Origin: a virus
DNA: 33,253 nt
Strand: one strand, 5' to 3'
IMG/VR virus record: IMGVR_UViG_3300010287_000002
The translations under genes were made by a program, and so were the position numbers. This document shows positions 21,959 to 32,060 of this stretch, piece after piece (within the stretch, counting starts at the first letter, position 1; each line of letters begins with the position of its first letter). The notes below the pieces were generated by a model. That model searched no databases. It was given only the letters and a program-made list of their open reading frames with translations, and was not told the DNA's origin.

Positions 21959-24242
21959 TTAATACACCTCCATTGTTTGTATCAATGTTTACGACTAACG
22001 GGTGCCCTTCCCCTACGGCATCAGATAGCTGGCAAATTTTAATTTGATTCATATTTATACCCTCATCAACAGTTATTTCTGGCGTTGTTGTGGTATATTG
22101 TTTTATTAATTCATCCCCTAAGTAAAGTTTTATGTTGTATCGTTCATACGCTTCGCCTAAGGGGATGTCAGGGGCGTTCGAGGTAAGCTCAAGTCCTACT
22201 CTGCTCCTTCTAGTCCACGTATATTTCCGATTGCCGTGATGAATGCAATGAACAGGAGAAAACGGCCGTTTCGTCTCGCCGTTGTATGCAAATGCTACGG
22301 GATCTATAAACTCCTGGTTCATGTCGTTCGCCACAAACTTATAGTAGTTTTGCTTGTTGATACCATATATGTCACCCGTTATGAATATAAGTCGCCCCGC
22401 CATAAGTACTCCTACCTTCTCGTTTGCTTGGTGTTTCTTTATGGCCCATTCAGTACCCCTTCTACCCCTCAACAGCTTAGTGAGTCTATAGGTGTCCTGC
22501 GCAATGAGCTCTGCATTGCAAAACTGTATTATTTCGTTGCCAACGACGACTGCATTTGCCCCCCAAAGCACGTCGCTTTCATCGGCACTCCACAACTCAA
22601 CTCCTTTTATGTAAACGTCAATGTGGTTGTCCATATCCCATATCTGTGACGGGCCATAACCTATTGTGTTCAAAGCTGATCCGACGCCGCGTGCCGATAT
22701 CTTGCCGACCATCGAATAGCTTTCACCACCATTGGTGCTTTCATACAAGACTGCAAAACGCCATGCGTTGCTTTCCCCATTGGCCAACGCATAAAACCCT
22801 ATTTCGTCGGGTACTCCAGGTAATAAAGGCAAGTTAGTCAACAGACCAATGGTCTGCCCACCTATGTCAATTTGATCATATATATCTCCACTACCACTAT
22901 CCCCCTCCTCCTCGATGCCAAATATCGTGCTATCGTATGTTCTGGCAAGCACTTCGATTGAATAGTCCGCACCTATTGTCATTTCCTTTATCTGGACTAT
23001 GTGTTGGTCTCCGTTTAGGGTGGTGATGTTAAGCACGTCCCCTGGCACTAGATGGAGCCATTTTGGCCCAAGTTTGAAGTGGTACTCACAAGCTTCGTTC
23101 CACATAGACGTTAATACTTTGTACGCAGCTGTTCTGGCAACGTTGGCATCAGTTGCAATAGAGGTCTGCAATGAAAGCCTGTTTTCATCTTGGCCAGATG
23201 ACTTTGTTGCACTTTGTAGTGAAGTTAAATAGTCCTTGTTAATATCAAAATATTCCACTTCTACGACGGTAGGCAATTGGTTCTTGTTGGACGTGATAAT
23301 CTTCACCGTCTCGTTTTCCCCTTCACCAGCCCCTATGTCCTGCCTTGGTATAACTATGATACTTTTCTGTTCCCGTGGGAAAAAGACGAGCTTCCTCCCA
23401 TATTGCCTCCACGATATGTCCGCGATCCTGCATATCGACGATATATCGTCCATGAAGCTGTTGCCCGAGGCGCAAAAACCGCCTATAGTGCCAAACACGT
23501 CTGTAACGTCAAAGTCTTCCTCTGAATATCCAGCGTCTAGGCATAGATCGGCGATAATATCACTTACGTTCACTGGCAATGGTGTGTACCCAGCCCCGCT
23601 GTCCTGCCCCTTTTGGATTACTTCAAAGTTAAAGCTAGGAATCCTATTGCCCCACTTCTCAAGGTTGAGATCCTGAAAGACGATATACGAAACGCCACGG
23701 TATGCTGGAGAATTACCTTCACGTCCAACTATGATTGAATTTGGTCTTTGTGTCTCAGTGCCAAAATATGAGGTCATTTGCCTTGAAAGTTCGTTGCTCG
23801 CCAATATGGTAGAGTCGTTTGCACTTGGACTTACGTGGTAAATGAGTTTGTTGTCTGCCCATATCTTGCGGACTGCCAATATAGGCCCTCTACATATAGC
23901 TACTGCGAAAGAGCAAGTATACCAATATTCGGTATAGCTCATCGTAACCTTGCTTTTCCCGCTTCCGCTCGTTTGCGATGTAGTCTTTTGATGCTCCTTG
24001 AGGTCGTCTGCCCATATTATGTTCCCAGGTAAGCGATAAGCACCCCAAACCCTCGGGATAACGTTGCCATAGCTACTTCCAGATACTCTGACGTCCTGCG
24101 CCCGTGGCCCGTACGTGTTTGTGCTTATGTCTTGACTTAACCACGCCTGATCTATGTAGTAGCCAGCTAAAGATGCAAGCCCTAGCCATACTGGAGCAGA
24201 GGTCATGGATCCGACTATAAGCGGTAACAGTATCGTTGCCAT
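21939..24242 (-). CDS. Host-specificity / baseplate multidomain protein (RcGTA g15-like)
   Basis: 767 aa. MATILLPLIVG...YIDQ...GPRAQDVRVSGSSYGNVIPRVWGAYRLPGNIIWA...YWYTCSFAVAICRGPI...APAYRGVSYIVFQDLNLEKWGNRIPSFNFEV matches my memory of the GTA g15 N-terminus. Confidence 0.7.
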   Translation of the reverse strand: MATILLPLIVGSMTSAPVWLGLASLAGYYIDQAWLSQDISTNTYGPRAQDVRVSGSSYGNVIPRVWGAYRLPGNIIWADDLKEHQKTTSQTSGSGKSKVTMSYTEYWYTCSFAVAICRGPILAVRKIWADNKLIYHVSPSANDSTILASNELSRQMTSYFGTETQRPNSIIVGREGNSPAYRGVSYIVFQDLNLEKWGNRIPSFNFEVIQKGQDSGAGYTPLPVNVSDIIADLCLDAGYSEEDFDVTDVFGTIGGFCASGNSFMDDISSICRIADISWRQYGRKLVFFPREQKSIIVIPRQDIGAGEGENETVKIITSNKNQLPTVVEVEYFDINKDYLTSLQSATKSSGQDENRLSLQTSIATDANVARTAAYKVLTSMWNEACEYHFKLGPKWLHLVPGDVLNITTLNGDQHIVQIKEMTIGADYSIEVLARTYDSTIFGIEEEGDSGSGDIYDQIDIGGQTIGLLTNLPLLPGVPDEIGFYALANGESNAWRFAVLYESTNGGESYSMVGKISARGVGSALNTIGYGPSQIWDMDNHIDVYIKGVELWSADESDVLWGANAVVVGNEIIQFCNAELIAQDTYRLTKLLRGRRGTEWAIKKHQANEKVGVLMAGRLIFITGDIYGINKQNYYKFVANDMNQEFIDPVAFAYNGETKRPFSPVHCIHHGNRKYTWTRRSRVGLELTSNAPDIPLGEAYERYNIKLYLGDELIKQYTTTTPEITVDEGINMNQIKICQLSDAVGEGHPLVVNIDTNNGGVLSEEFDI

Positions 24243-24247
24243 GCCCG

Positions 24248-24676
24248 TCAGTCCTTGAAATACTTAAGTCTAAAAGCGCCCGCAAAGCGCTTTTCCCACA
24301 TGTCGTCGATCGCTTCTTCTATGACACCGTAGTCTTCGGTAACGTGAATGATATCGTCGCCGTAGCTTTTTATGGCTACGTGCTGCGGATATTTGTAAAT
24401 GGTGAATAGCATGATGTCCCCAAGCCTTATGTCTTCCCTCGGTATTTGGTCGGCCACCATCGTTAATCTCTCCAAAAGCATCTTGTGACCCGCCTTGCGT
24501 TGGTACGTCCTGTTGTCGGCCTTTAAGATCTCGGTAATGCCAAGTTCGGCAAGAGGCATCACGATCAAGCCTGCACAATCCACGCCCAGCCCTTTCCACC
24601 TTCCTTGGTGGTGAAAAGGAGTGCCTATCCACTTGCGTAACTCCTCTATAAACTGCTCTCTGGTTATATCGGGCAC
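24248..24676 (-). CDS. NlpC/P60 family cell-wall peptidase (RcGTA g14-like)
   Basis: GTPFHHQGRWKGLGVDCAGLIV. Start set at the GTG 7 nt after GGAGAGGGGGA and 1 nt after the hub stop. The longer ORF would overlap the hub gene by 131 nt. Confidence 0.8.
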   Translation of the reverse strand: MPDITREQFIEELRKWIGTPFHHQGRWKGLGVDCAGLIVMPLAELGITEILKADNRTYQRKAGHKMLLERLTMVADQIPREDIRLGDIMLFTIYKYPQHVAIKSYGDDIIHVTEDYGVIEEAIDDMWEKRFAGAFRLKYFKD

Positions 24677-24677
24677 G

Positions 24678-27221
24678 TCATTGTCCCCCTCTCCACAGTA
24701 CCCTGTCCATGCCTGGCAAAAATGGCATCCCTCGAAAATTAATCCCGTTGTTAAATCTCGTTCTGCACGTATTGTATGTTTTGTCACATCCTTGATACAC
24801 ATATACACTGTCCCCTACTGCTGCCATAGAAGGCATTGGAGAATAAAATTTAATGGTATTGCCAGACGATGAGTCTATATCCCAAACCACACCAGCGTTG
24901 CTTCCGGTAAGGAATTCCACTGTACCGTTGTTGTATTGACTGCCAAGCGCGATCGAAAGGGCTATATTTTTCGAGTCTATGATTTGTGCAATCTCGCCAT
25001 ACACCCTGTAATTGTTCTTATTGAGCTTACATAGATCGTCACAAAAGTATGCGATACATGTTGGTGCATACTTCATGTATGATTTCCTCGCCAAAAAGGT
25101 AGACATCCCCTCTGTCTCGGCCGAAAAGGATCCTGCGTCTACAGTTATCTTCCCCAAGCTCATCCTTAAAAGGTGTACGCTGTCTGTCGATTCGCGGTCT
25201 ACCATGTATACGTCAAGCGTAGCGTAATCGTAAAGCCCCTTTATAATATCTTCGTCTGTTATGGAATCGTCACTCAAGAACCCGTCTATCTGTGCGTTTT
25301 CAATGTCGCCACCCATGGAAAGTTTTATCGCCGTCCGCGTGAACGACGAGCTTGGCGGGTAAACTTTGCCGTTTAGCTCTACTGGTACGTCACTATCTGT
25401 GCCATATAAGTGTTTGCCAGATTGTGTTATTAAATCCCAACACATTGCTAGCTTCATAGTGTCACCTCTTATGATGTCGCTCAATCCAAATGGTCTTATC
25501 TCGTCCAAGGTAACCCGGTGCGGTTGCCATCCATCTCGTCTTATCTGTGCCCCAGCCCATATGAAAACCTCCCCCATTTCGAGATCCAGTCCATTGTCGG
25601 CGGCCTGTTCGATCCTTTTCCAGGTTTCACTACCAGTCCAGGGCTGTCTGTTGAGTACGAATCCCGCAAAGTAATGGACTAAATCTTTTGTATATCCAAG
25701 CTCCCTAGTCGCGAAGTCGTATACCAATTCATGCATAGGATCCCCGTCTATAACCCAGTCGTAGTCCTCTATCTGGAAAAAGTCTAGGTTGGGGTACACC
25801 CACCATTCCTGAGGGAAGCATGCAATCTGGATCATCTCTCCAACCCTGTTGGGATCTATAACTGTTGGTGGGAAGAAAAGTACGGTAAATTTCGCATCTG
25901 GATATTTCGCCTTAACGTGATCCCTTAGAATATGTGTGAATGCCCCTATCTTGTCGCGTAGCCACTCTATGGCTTCCCGGTCAAAGTTGGGATCCCACAT
26001 CGACTGATAAACCGGCAATTCGTATCCATTTTCCTGCAAAAACTTCGCCCTTGTAGCGCTGTCGTAAAAGCATGGTGCCCCCAAGGTACCCTTGTACGAC
26101 TGTGCCCACCACCAAGGCTCGCCAAGCTGTATAATGACCGGCAATCCAGCATCATGCTGGAGATCCGCAAGCTCAATCACATATTTTTTGTAGAATTCGA
26201 TGGCGTTGTCATTACAGAAGGAACAAAACTTTGTTGATGGCGTCCAGCCCGATAATGCCGGCATTCCAGTATAGTCAACCTGCCTCCATTCGTGAGGCAG
26301 CTCAACGCTTTCCATCGACACAGAGGCCACAACATCGTAGCCGTACGCCTTGCTTGCCTTAAAAAAAGACTTAAGCCACGCTTTCGACGCTAGGTTAAGC
26401 GGTTCGTACGTTTTTTGTATAAATGAATAATGGTAGTCCTCGTATGGATCTACAACGTAATTGCCATGCCCGTCTATTTCCGCTTCTTTGTCGTAATAAT
26501 GGGAGGCCCCGACGTAAAGGTTAATGATATCCCTGAAGCCGAGCCTGTAGAAGTGTTTTACATATCTTTCTGGAACCACCGTGTACTCGTCGTCGTAGCC
26601 GTCGGCCAGTCTGTACGGATGATTGGTTTTTAATCCTTCGTAGCCTACGTCCTTTGCCCCCGTTACGGTCCAATTCGTAAACTTAACTTTCCAATAGCTT
26701 GAGGAGCCTATCGGGCGGTATCCACCCTTTACGTATCCCCTCACCGGAAACGTCCACATTATTTTTAGGATGGATACCGGGTCTATCTTATATAGTCTGC
26801 TATACTGTGGGCTCCACCATCCACCATATAAGTTGTCGAAGTCTATCTCAAAGTGTCCAGCCCACCTGCCCTCCGATGCTGGGGCTATGTAGGAACAATG
26901 GCGTTCAAGCCTAATCCAATGGATTCCCGCAGCGGTGTAGATAGTCAATTGCGGTCCGTTCAATTCCCAAATGTACTGCATCATGCCCCCTTCCTGTTCG
27001 TAGTCGTAGGTTAGCTTCACGCCTCGAAAGTCAGCATTTAGATCGTATCTGACGTCTTGGTGCGACCACAGGTCGGCCGATTGGTATATCAATCCAGCCA
27101 TATCACCTACTGTCCTATAATATCCCTGTATCGTAAATGCATTTTCACCGTCTAGGGTTATTGAGCTTATCATGTCGCGGCCAAAATTACATTCCATCAT
27201 CATCGGGTCAAGTTGTTTCAT
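24678..27221 (-). CDS. Baseplate hub protein: DUF2163 + BR0599 C-terminal half fused to an about 570-aa N-terminal extension
   Basis: C-terminal half: LAMCWDLITQSGKHLYGTDSDVPVELNGKVY...IDGFLSDDSITDEDI... and QGCDKTYNTCRTRFNNGINFRGMPFLPG (BR0599 motif). The N-terminal half has Trp/Tyr-rich, barrel-like segments (LGEPWWW, IEDYDWV). ATGA overlap with the upstream gene. Confidence 0.7.
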   Translation of the reverse strand: MKQLDPMMMECNFGRDMISSITLDGENAFTIQGYYRTVGDMAGLIYQSADLWSHQDVRYDLNADFRGVKLTYDYEQEGGMMQYIWELNGPQLTIYTAAGIHWIRLERHCSYIAPASEGRWAGHFEIDFDNLYGGWWSPQYSRLYKIDPVSILKIMWTFPVRGYVKGGYRPIGSSSYWKVKFTNWTVTGAKDVGYEGLKTNHPYRLADGYDDEYTVVPERYVKHFYRLGFRDIINLYVGASHYYDKEAEIDGHGNYVVDPYEDYHYSFIQKTYEPLNLASKAWLKSFFKASKAYGYDVVASVSMESVELPHEWRQVDYTGMPALSGWTPSTKFCSFCNDNAIEFYKKYVIELADLQHDAGLPVIIQLGEPWWWAQSYKGTLGAPCFYDSATRAKFLQENGYELPVYQSMWDPNFDREAIEWLRDKIGAFTHILRDHVKAKYPDAKFTVLFFPPTVIDPNRVGEMIQIACFPQEWWVYPNLDFFQIEDYDWVIDGDPMHELVYDFATRELGYTKDLVHYFAGFVLNRQPWTGSETWKRIEQAADNGLDLEMGEVFIWAGAQIRRDGWQPHRVTLDEIRPFGLSDIIRGDTMKLAMCWDLITQSGKHLYGTDSDVPVELNGKVYPPSSSFTRTAIKLSMGGDIENAQIDGFLSDDSITDEDIIKGLYDYATLDVYMVDRESTDSVHLLRMSLGKITVDAGSFSAETEGMSTFLARKSYMKYAPTCIAYFCDDLCKLNKNNYRVYGEIAQIIDSKNIALSIALGSQYNNGTVEFLTGSNAGVVWDIDSSSGNTIKFYSPMPSMAAVGDSVYVYQGCDKTYNTCRTRFNNGINFRGMPFLPGMDRVLWRGGQ

Positions 27222-27805
27222 AACCTAACACTTCTTATCGCTATAGACTGGTTGCGCAAGTATGGGTTGTCCTTGTCACATGTCATAAGCATTGAGTCAC
27301 TGTCAAACCTGCATGGGATGTGGAATTCTCCAGACCAAGACACCAGCCCAGTTTTATACACAGTTATTAATCCAGTTGTGTAATTTATTTCTATGTTTTC
27401 GGTCTCCTGCCCATCTATAAAAACGTGAACTTTGCCTTGTACCAGTGTTTTAATTTTCCTTACATATGACAAGCTACCGCTGGCCCTATACGTTTTGCTG
27501 GCCTGGAATGTCGCAGGCACTTGGTCCGCCACGCCGATGGGCTGTGCTTCGGCGTAATGATCACTCCAGTCTTTGAATCTAAACGAATGCTGTCTCCCCT
27601 TTACGATATAGAAAAAACCAAGCAATTCCTCTAGTTCGGATTGCGATAAAGCCATGGCGTCGGTGACGTATTGGTAGACAGGTTCATCCCATACCTGCAC
27701 CCTTTGCTCGTATGCGCTCTCCGATGTGTATACGAACGTTTTGAATACTGGGCCTCCCTCGAATTTTTGAGATATCAGCTCTGGCAACACTATATCGAGA
27801 AACAT
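27218..27805 (-). CDS. Distal tail protein, DUF2460 family (RcGTA g12-like)
   Basis: 195 aa. FLDIVLPELISQKFEGGPVFKTFVYTSESAYEQRVQVW matches the DUF2460 N-terminus. Directly follows the tape measure gene. Confidence 0.7.
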   Translation of the reverse strand: MFLDIVLPELISQKFEGGPVFKTFVYTSESAYEQRVQVWDEPVYQYVTDAMALSQSELEELLGFFYIVKGRQHSFRFKDWSDHYAEAQPIGVADQVPATFQASKTYRASGSLSYVRKIKTLVQGKVHVFIDGQETENIEINYTTGLITVYKTGLVSWSGEFHIPCRFDSDSMLMTCDKDNPYLRNQSIAIRSVRL

Positions 27806-27819
27806 CTTTTTACCACCGC

Positions 27820-30702
27820 CTATGTTTGCATTGTGCGCTTTGCAATTTCCAATATTTGCCTCTCACTCCTGCGAAAGCTGTCTGCATCTGGCGTGGAAAC
27901 ATAAATATTGACCACGCTGCCGTTCCCTTGCCCCTTCGCTTTTACCCCAAGCTCGCCGCTCGTCGTGCGTGTAAGCGGCATGATCGCCTCTGGCCCGGCC
28001 TCACCCATTAACCCAACCCCTTTGGCCATTGGGAATATTGTGGGGCTCGCGACTATTCCCCCCGTTGCGAATGGGATCACGTATCCGTCGCTTATCACGC
28101 CTCCATAGGCGAAGGGCAATTTAAGCATTGACAGCAGGCCGGTCGTAAGAGGTTCAATGATTGCTTTGCGTACAATGATTTTTGCAATGTCCTCCAAAAG
28201 CCCCTGCAAAACCTCACGCAAGGAGTTGCCCGAAAATATGGCCTCTTCGAAGGCGCTCTGGAAAGTCATGCCAAGATCTTTAACCACATCTACGGTTTTT
28301 TTGGCGCTGGCATCTACCTTCTTGAGATCGTCGTCCAGGCTCTTAGCCACAAGTGGAAAATCTTGGAATTGCTCCTTAAGTTTGATTAATGCATCCTTAA
28401 ACTCATCTGTCGTAATTTTCCCTGAATTCAGCTTTTCTGTGAGAGTCTCGACATTCGCATTGACGATATTCTCTGCCACTCTCTGAAGGTCCTCAAATAT
28501 TCTCTTCCACTCGTCGCTTCCCTGTGTAACCCTCGCAAGCTCGCCTTTCAACATATCAAAGTAGCTTTGTGCGTCAAGCAGCCCCTGACTGTATTCCCAC
28601 GACATATCCGACCAGAACCTTGCGATCCCTTCGGCGGCCGCAGCTTGAGCGTCCATCTGTTCCTGCTTTATCCTGTTTATGCGCTCAATGTCCGCAGCAG
28701 TTGCAGCCCCAACCTGCTTTATATATTCCTGCATGCCAGCACTTGCTGCGTCTGTTATGGCCTTTTGGGCAAGCGGCAAGCCTGCAAACCTGCTCTTTAG
28801 ATCCTCAGTCTTTACAGCGAACTCGTCTGCCCCCATGGTGCCAGCTTTAAGGCCGTCAACGAGAGCCCTCATTCGCTCGTTTATTACGTCTATTGCAGCA
28901 GCCTGCTTGGCCGAAAAGTAGCTCTGGAACTCCTTTGCCCCGCTGCCAAGCTTGCCCGTCCTGCTTTCAAGCTCTGCAAAGTATTTGTCTGCGCTTATAA
29001 GCCCCTGCTGATACTGCCAGTTGAGCTTATCTAAGTATTCAGACTCTGCCGTCTTTCCGCCTTTTTTGCCTCCGCCTGTAAGGTTAAGCTCTCCTGCACC
29101 TGTCTTGCCCTTACCGACCCCTGTTGCCTTTGCAATGCCCGTTTGCGCCTTGTAACCTAGCAGCTCAAAGCCTTCCCCTGCTTTAATGGCGTTTACGGCA
29201 AGGTCGGCTATGATCTTATCCAGCTTTTTGTAATCCTCTGAATTAATTGGCAATCTGCCATAACGCTGGAAAAATATCTGCTGGGCGGGCCCTGCAAGTT
29301 CAGTGCGCTTTTTCATGGTAGCCCTAGCCACCGGGGCGTTCTGCTTTGCCTCTTGCCATTTTGCTATATTAACGCCTAGAGCTGCACCAAGCCCACCAGC
29401 CGCGATAAATGGGAATGCTGGGCTCGCAACTATTGATGTGAGGATGGCTGCAAGCGATGTGGCTGCGGCTATAGCTGAATTGAGCGCTATCATGAGCGGT
29501 CCACCTACTCCTATTACCGCTGCAACTGCTAGTATTGATTTTTGTGCTTCGGGAGAAAACTTGCTGAAGGTTTCGGTTAGCCCGGCAGTCGCATCAACCG
29601 CCTTAAGCAGATATGGGACAAGCTGCCCTCCTATCTCTATGGCCACGTCGTTTATCCTGTTGCCCAGGATTTTCAGTTGCGATGCAGATGTGTCGTAGCG
29701 CTTTCTGGCCTCTTCCGCGAGGGCGTTGTTTTCCTGCCATGCCCTGTTGCCTATGGCCAACGCGTTCGAGAACACGTTGCTGGCCCCGGCGGCACGCAAA
29801 AGCGCGTCTCGAAGCCTCGTATCCTTAATCCCCAGTTCGTCTAGGACCTGGATGGCTGACATGCCTCTGTCTTGCGCTTTGGCCAATCCGCCTATAAAGG
29901 CCAATATCGCCTCCGAAGCGTCTTCGCGAAAAGCCTTTTGAAACTGTTTGGACGATATGCCGGCGACAGCGGCAAAGTCCTGGAGTTTAGCCCCTCCAAG
30001 CTCGACCGCCAACTGCATGTCCGATATCAGCCGCGAAAAAGAGGAACCCCCCGCCTCGGCGTTTATACCGACCGACGACAGCGCGGCTGCAAATGCCATG
30101 ATCTGCGCTTCCGACATGCCCGCCTGCGAGCCGGCACCGGCCAGCCTCTGCGCCATTTCTACTATATCTCGTTCCGTAGTAGCAAGGTTATTCCCCAAAT
30201 CGACAATAACGCTGCCCAGCCTGTCGAAATCCCTTTGGCTCATCTGCGTTACGTTCGCAAACTGGGCGAGAGCGGATGCCGCCTCCTCGGCCGACAGGTT
30301 CGTGGACTCACCAAGATCTATCATAGTTCGAGAGAAACTTACTATGTTTTCCTTTGCAATCCCCAGCTGTCCGGCAGCTTCCGCCACCTTTGAGATATCG
30401 GCGGCCGACGCAGGGATCTCCTTCGCCATGGCCCGGATCTCCTTCGCCATGCTCTGGAATTCGGCCTCCGTGGCGTTGACGGTCTTCCGCACACCGGCAA
30501 AGGCGCTCTCGAAATCTATCGCGGCCTTGGTCGCCACTGTGCCGATGCCTGCAAGGGGGAGGCTGAAGGCCTTAGATATGGACTTTCCCATGCGTTCGGC
30601 TTCTCTGCCAAGCTGGCCAAGTTTGCTGTTTATGCGCTTTACTGCCTGTTCAAGCTCCGACAGGTCGGCACCAAATGAATATGTGATACGCCGTTTAGCC
30701 AT
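27820..30702 (-). CDS. Tail tape measure protein
   Basis: 960 aa. AIDFESAFAGVRKTVNATEAEF (TP901-type core), long Ala/Gly-rich helical and TM-like stretches. Follows the G/T chaperones. Confidence 0.9.
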   Translation of the reverse strand: MAKRRITYSFGADLSELEQAVKRINSKLGQLGREAERMGKSISKAFSLPLAGIGTVATKAAIDFESAFAGVRKTVNATEAEFQSMAKEIRAMAKEIPASAADISKVAEAAGQLGIAKENIVSFSRTMIDLGESTNLSAEEAASALAQFANVTQMSQRDFDRLGSVIVDLGNNLATTERDIVEMAQRLAGAGSQAGMSEAQIMAFAAALSSVGINAEAGGSSFSRLISDMQLAVELGGAKLQDFAAVAGISSKQFQKAFREDASEAILAFIGGLAKAQDRGMSAIQVLDELGIKDTRLRDALLRAAGASNVFSNALAIGNRAWQENNALAEEARKRYDTSASQLKILGNRINDVAIEIGGQLVPYLLKAVDATAGLTETFSKFSPEAQKSILAVAAVIGVGGPLMIALNSAIAAATSLAAILTSIVASPAFPFIAAGGLGAALGVNIAKWQEAKQNAPVARATMKKRTELAGPAQQIFFQRYGRLPINSEDYKKLDKIIADLAVNAIKAGEGFELLGYKAQTGIAKATGVGKGKTGAGELNLTGGGKKGGKTAESEYLDKLNWQYQQGLISADKYFAELESRTGKLGSGAKEFQSYFSAKQAAAIDVINERMRALVDGLKAGTMGADEFAVKTEDLKSRFAGLPLAQKAITDAASAGMQEYIKQVGAATAADIERINRIKQEQMDAQAAAAEGIARFWSDMSWEYSQGLLDAQSYFDMLKGELARVTQGSDEWKRIFEDLQRVAENIVNANVETLTEKLNSGKITTDEFKDALIKLKEQFQDFPLVAKSLDDDLKKVDASAKKTVDVVKDLGMTFQSAFEEAIFSGNSLREVLQGLLEDIAKIIVRKAIIEPLTTGLLSMLKLPFAYGGVISDGYVIPFATGGIVASPTIFPMAKGVGLMGEAGPEAIMPLTRTTSGELGVKAKGQGNGSVVNIYVSTPDADSFRRSERQILEIAKRTMQT

Positions 30703-31362
30703 CCCTGCCCTCCTTCCTGTCTTTTTTCTGTTTTATCTTTTCTTTGCAGTAGTCAAAGTACTCGCCCTTTGACATTATCTTGCCGTCAACCCAATGGCCT
30801 ACCAAATCTTCCGCCGATACTTGGTGCTTTAGCGTCCCCGCTGCGTTCATTATCCATGCCGCTGTCTGTGCCTTTTCCCTTAAGCTTAAAAACGCCCTGT
30901 ACTGGTACGCATAAATGAGATCCTCTATCTCTCCTAACGTCCTGCACCACAAATCCTCATGAGTAAGGCAAAGGGGGCCGAGAGCTATGAGCGCAACTTC
31001 TTTTATCACATCCTCCCAGTCCCCCGCCGTCAGTTTTTTCTTTCCTCCTCCCCAGTCTCCTCCGCACCGCCTGAGGCAAAGCACCGCTCGAACGCCTTCA
31101 CAAGAGCGTTGCCAGCCTCGATAAGCGCCTGCGTGTAAGTACCGGGCGGATCCGCATCAAGCCACGCCCCAACTATGTCCGGTGTTATGTTTTTGTTCGC
31201 CCACAAAAGGCCAGCCCAAATGATGTGGATGCCAAGCTCAAAGTCTGTCGGGTCAAGCCCGCTCTGGATTATCTCCATAGGCGTCTTGCCTGTCGCCCTT
31301 ATGAGTGCCCTTATAGCGTTAAGCCCGAACCTGAACTCCCTTTCCTGTCCTCCGATCTTCAT
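30695..31362 (-). CDS. Tail assembly chaperone G-T fusion made by -1 programmed frameshift
   Basis: The zero frame ends ...aga aaa aac tga. Slipping -1 on A_AAA_AAC gives aaa aaa ctg acg..., i.e. KKLTAGDWEDV, which is the ORF 30695..31084. The T part ends ATGGCTAA-overlapped with the tape measure start. Confidence 0.7.
31030..31362 (-). CDS. Tail assembly chaperone G
   Basis: 110 aa, acidic C-terminus. Located between the major tail and tape measure genes. Confidence 0.7.
   Translation of the reverse strand: MKIGGQEREFRFGLNAIRALIRATGKTPMEIIQSGLDPTDFELGIHIIWAGLLWANKNITPDIVGAWLDADPPGTYTQALIEAGNALVKAFERCFASGGAEETGEEERKN
31033..31039 (-). promoter_or_regulatory. -1 ribosomal frameshift slippery heptamer A_AAA_AAC
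   Basis: Plus strand GTTTTTT. In the correct X_XXY_YYZ phase, immediately before the G-frame stop codon (31030..31032). Confidence 0.7.
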
Positions 31363-31363
31363 G

Positions 31364-32047
31364 CTATATCACCTTCACCAGTTCGCCTGTGCCCTGCACC
31401 GCGAGAGAGACGCCAACTGCATCTTCAGTTGCCCCTGCTGGATTCCATCCCGTTATGTTGCCCTCCCCCGTGTACTTTGCAGGTACAGGTTGAAGCGCAC
31501 ATGTTGCGGTAGTCCCGCCTGTAAGCGTGTTATTCATTATTTGCAGGTTGGCCTTTACCCCCGTCGGGAATGAGATCCAAAAACCATCGTCATCTTCCAC
31601 GACAAATATGCCCTGCTCGTCATAGGCCGCCCTAAGCTCAGTTTGCATTGTGAGGGCCGTGACGTTATATGGTAAAGCATCGGTTACAACGCTTGCCCCA
31701 TTACCAAGCTTAAATGTGCCGCCAGTTGCTTCGCCAAGATTGAGGAGGTACACTTCGTCTTCACCGAAGGGCAGGAAAGTGAAAGAGCACAGTTCACCGT
31801 TAAGTGCTCTTGCCACAAGCTCTTCCTGTCCCTCGTCTGAGGGGTCATAAAACATCTTCATACTCGCCGTCCATCCAGCCTGACCCACCAAAAACTTCTT
31901 CCATTTGGTTGAAAGAGTAGACGCATCTATGGTGCCAAGCGCTGTGTTTATCTCAAAATCCCGCACCTCGCCTATAGGAACAAAAACACCAGATCCAGTA
32001 ACGTCAAGTTGTATAATGGCCTTCTTTGCTGGCTTAGCTCCCGCCAT
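31364..32047 (-). CDS. Major tail protein paralogue 2 (with about 85-aa inserted domain)
   Basis: 227 aa. Shares FEINTALGTIDASTLST.WKK.LVGQA.W......FYDPSD and the C-terminal ITG.N..GATEDAVG with the upstream paralogue. GGGGGTG SD. Confidence 0.8.
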   Translation of the reverse strand: MAGAKPAKKAIIQLDVTGSGVFVPIGEVRDFEINTALGTIDASTLSTKWKKFLVGQAGWTASMKMFYDPSDEGQEELVARALNGELCSFTFLPFGEDEVYLLNLGEATGGTFKLGNGASVVTDALPYNVTALTMQTELRAAYDEQGIFVVEDDDGFWISFPTGVKANLQIMNNTLTGGTTATCALQPVPAKYTGEGNITGWNPAGATEDAVGVSLAVQGTGELVKVI

Positions 32048-32060
32048 TTAACGCACCCCC

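Noticed and set aside
29872-30772. Long plus-strand ORFs (274 aa, 173 aa and others) inside the tape measure gene
   Set aside because: They are antisense shadow ORFs of a GC-rich, Ala-rich gene. Their Ser/Ala/Pro-rich translations have no starts with an SD, and the minus-strand tape measure reading is unambiguous.
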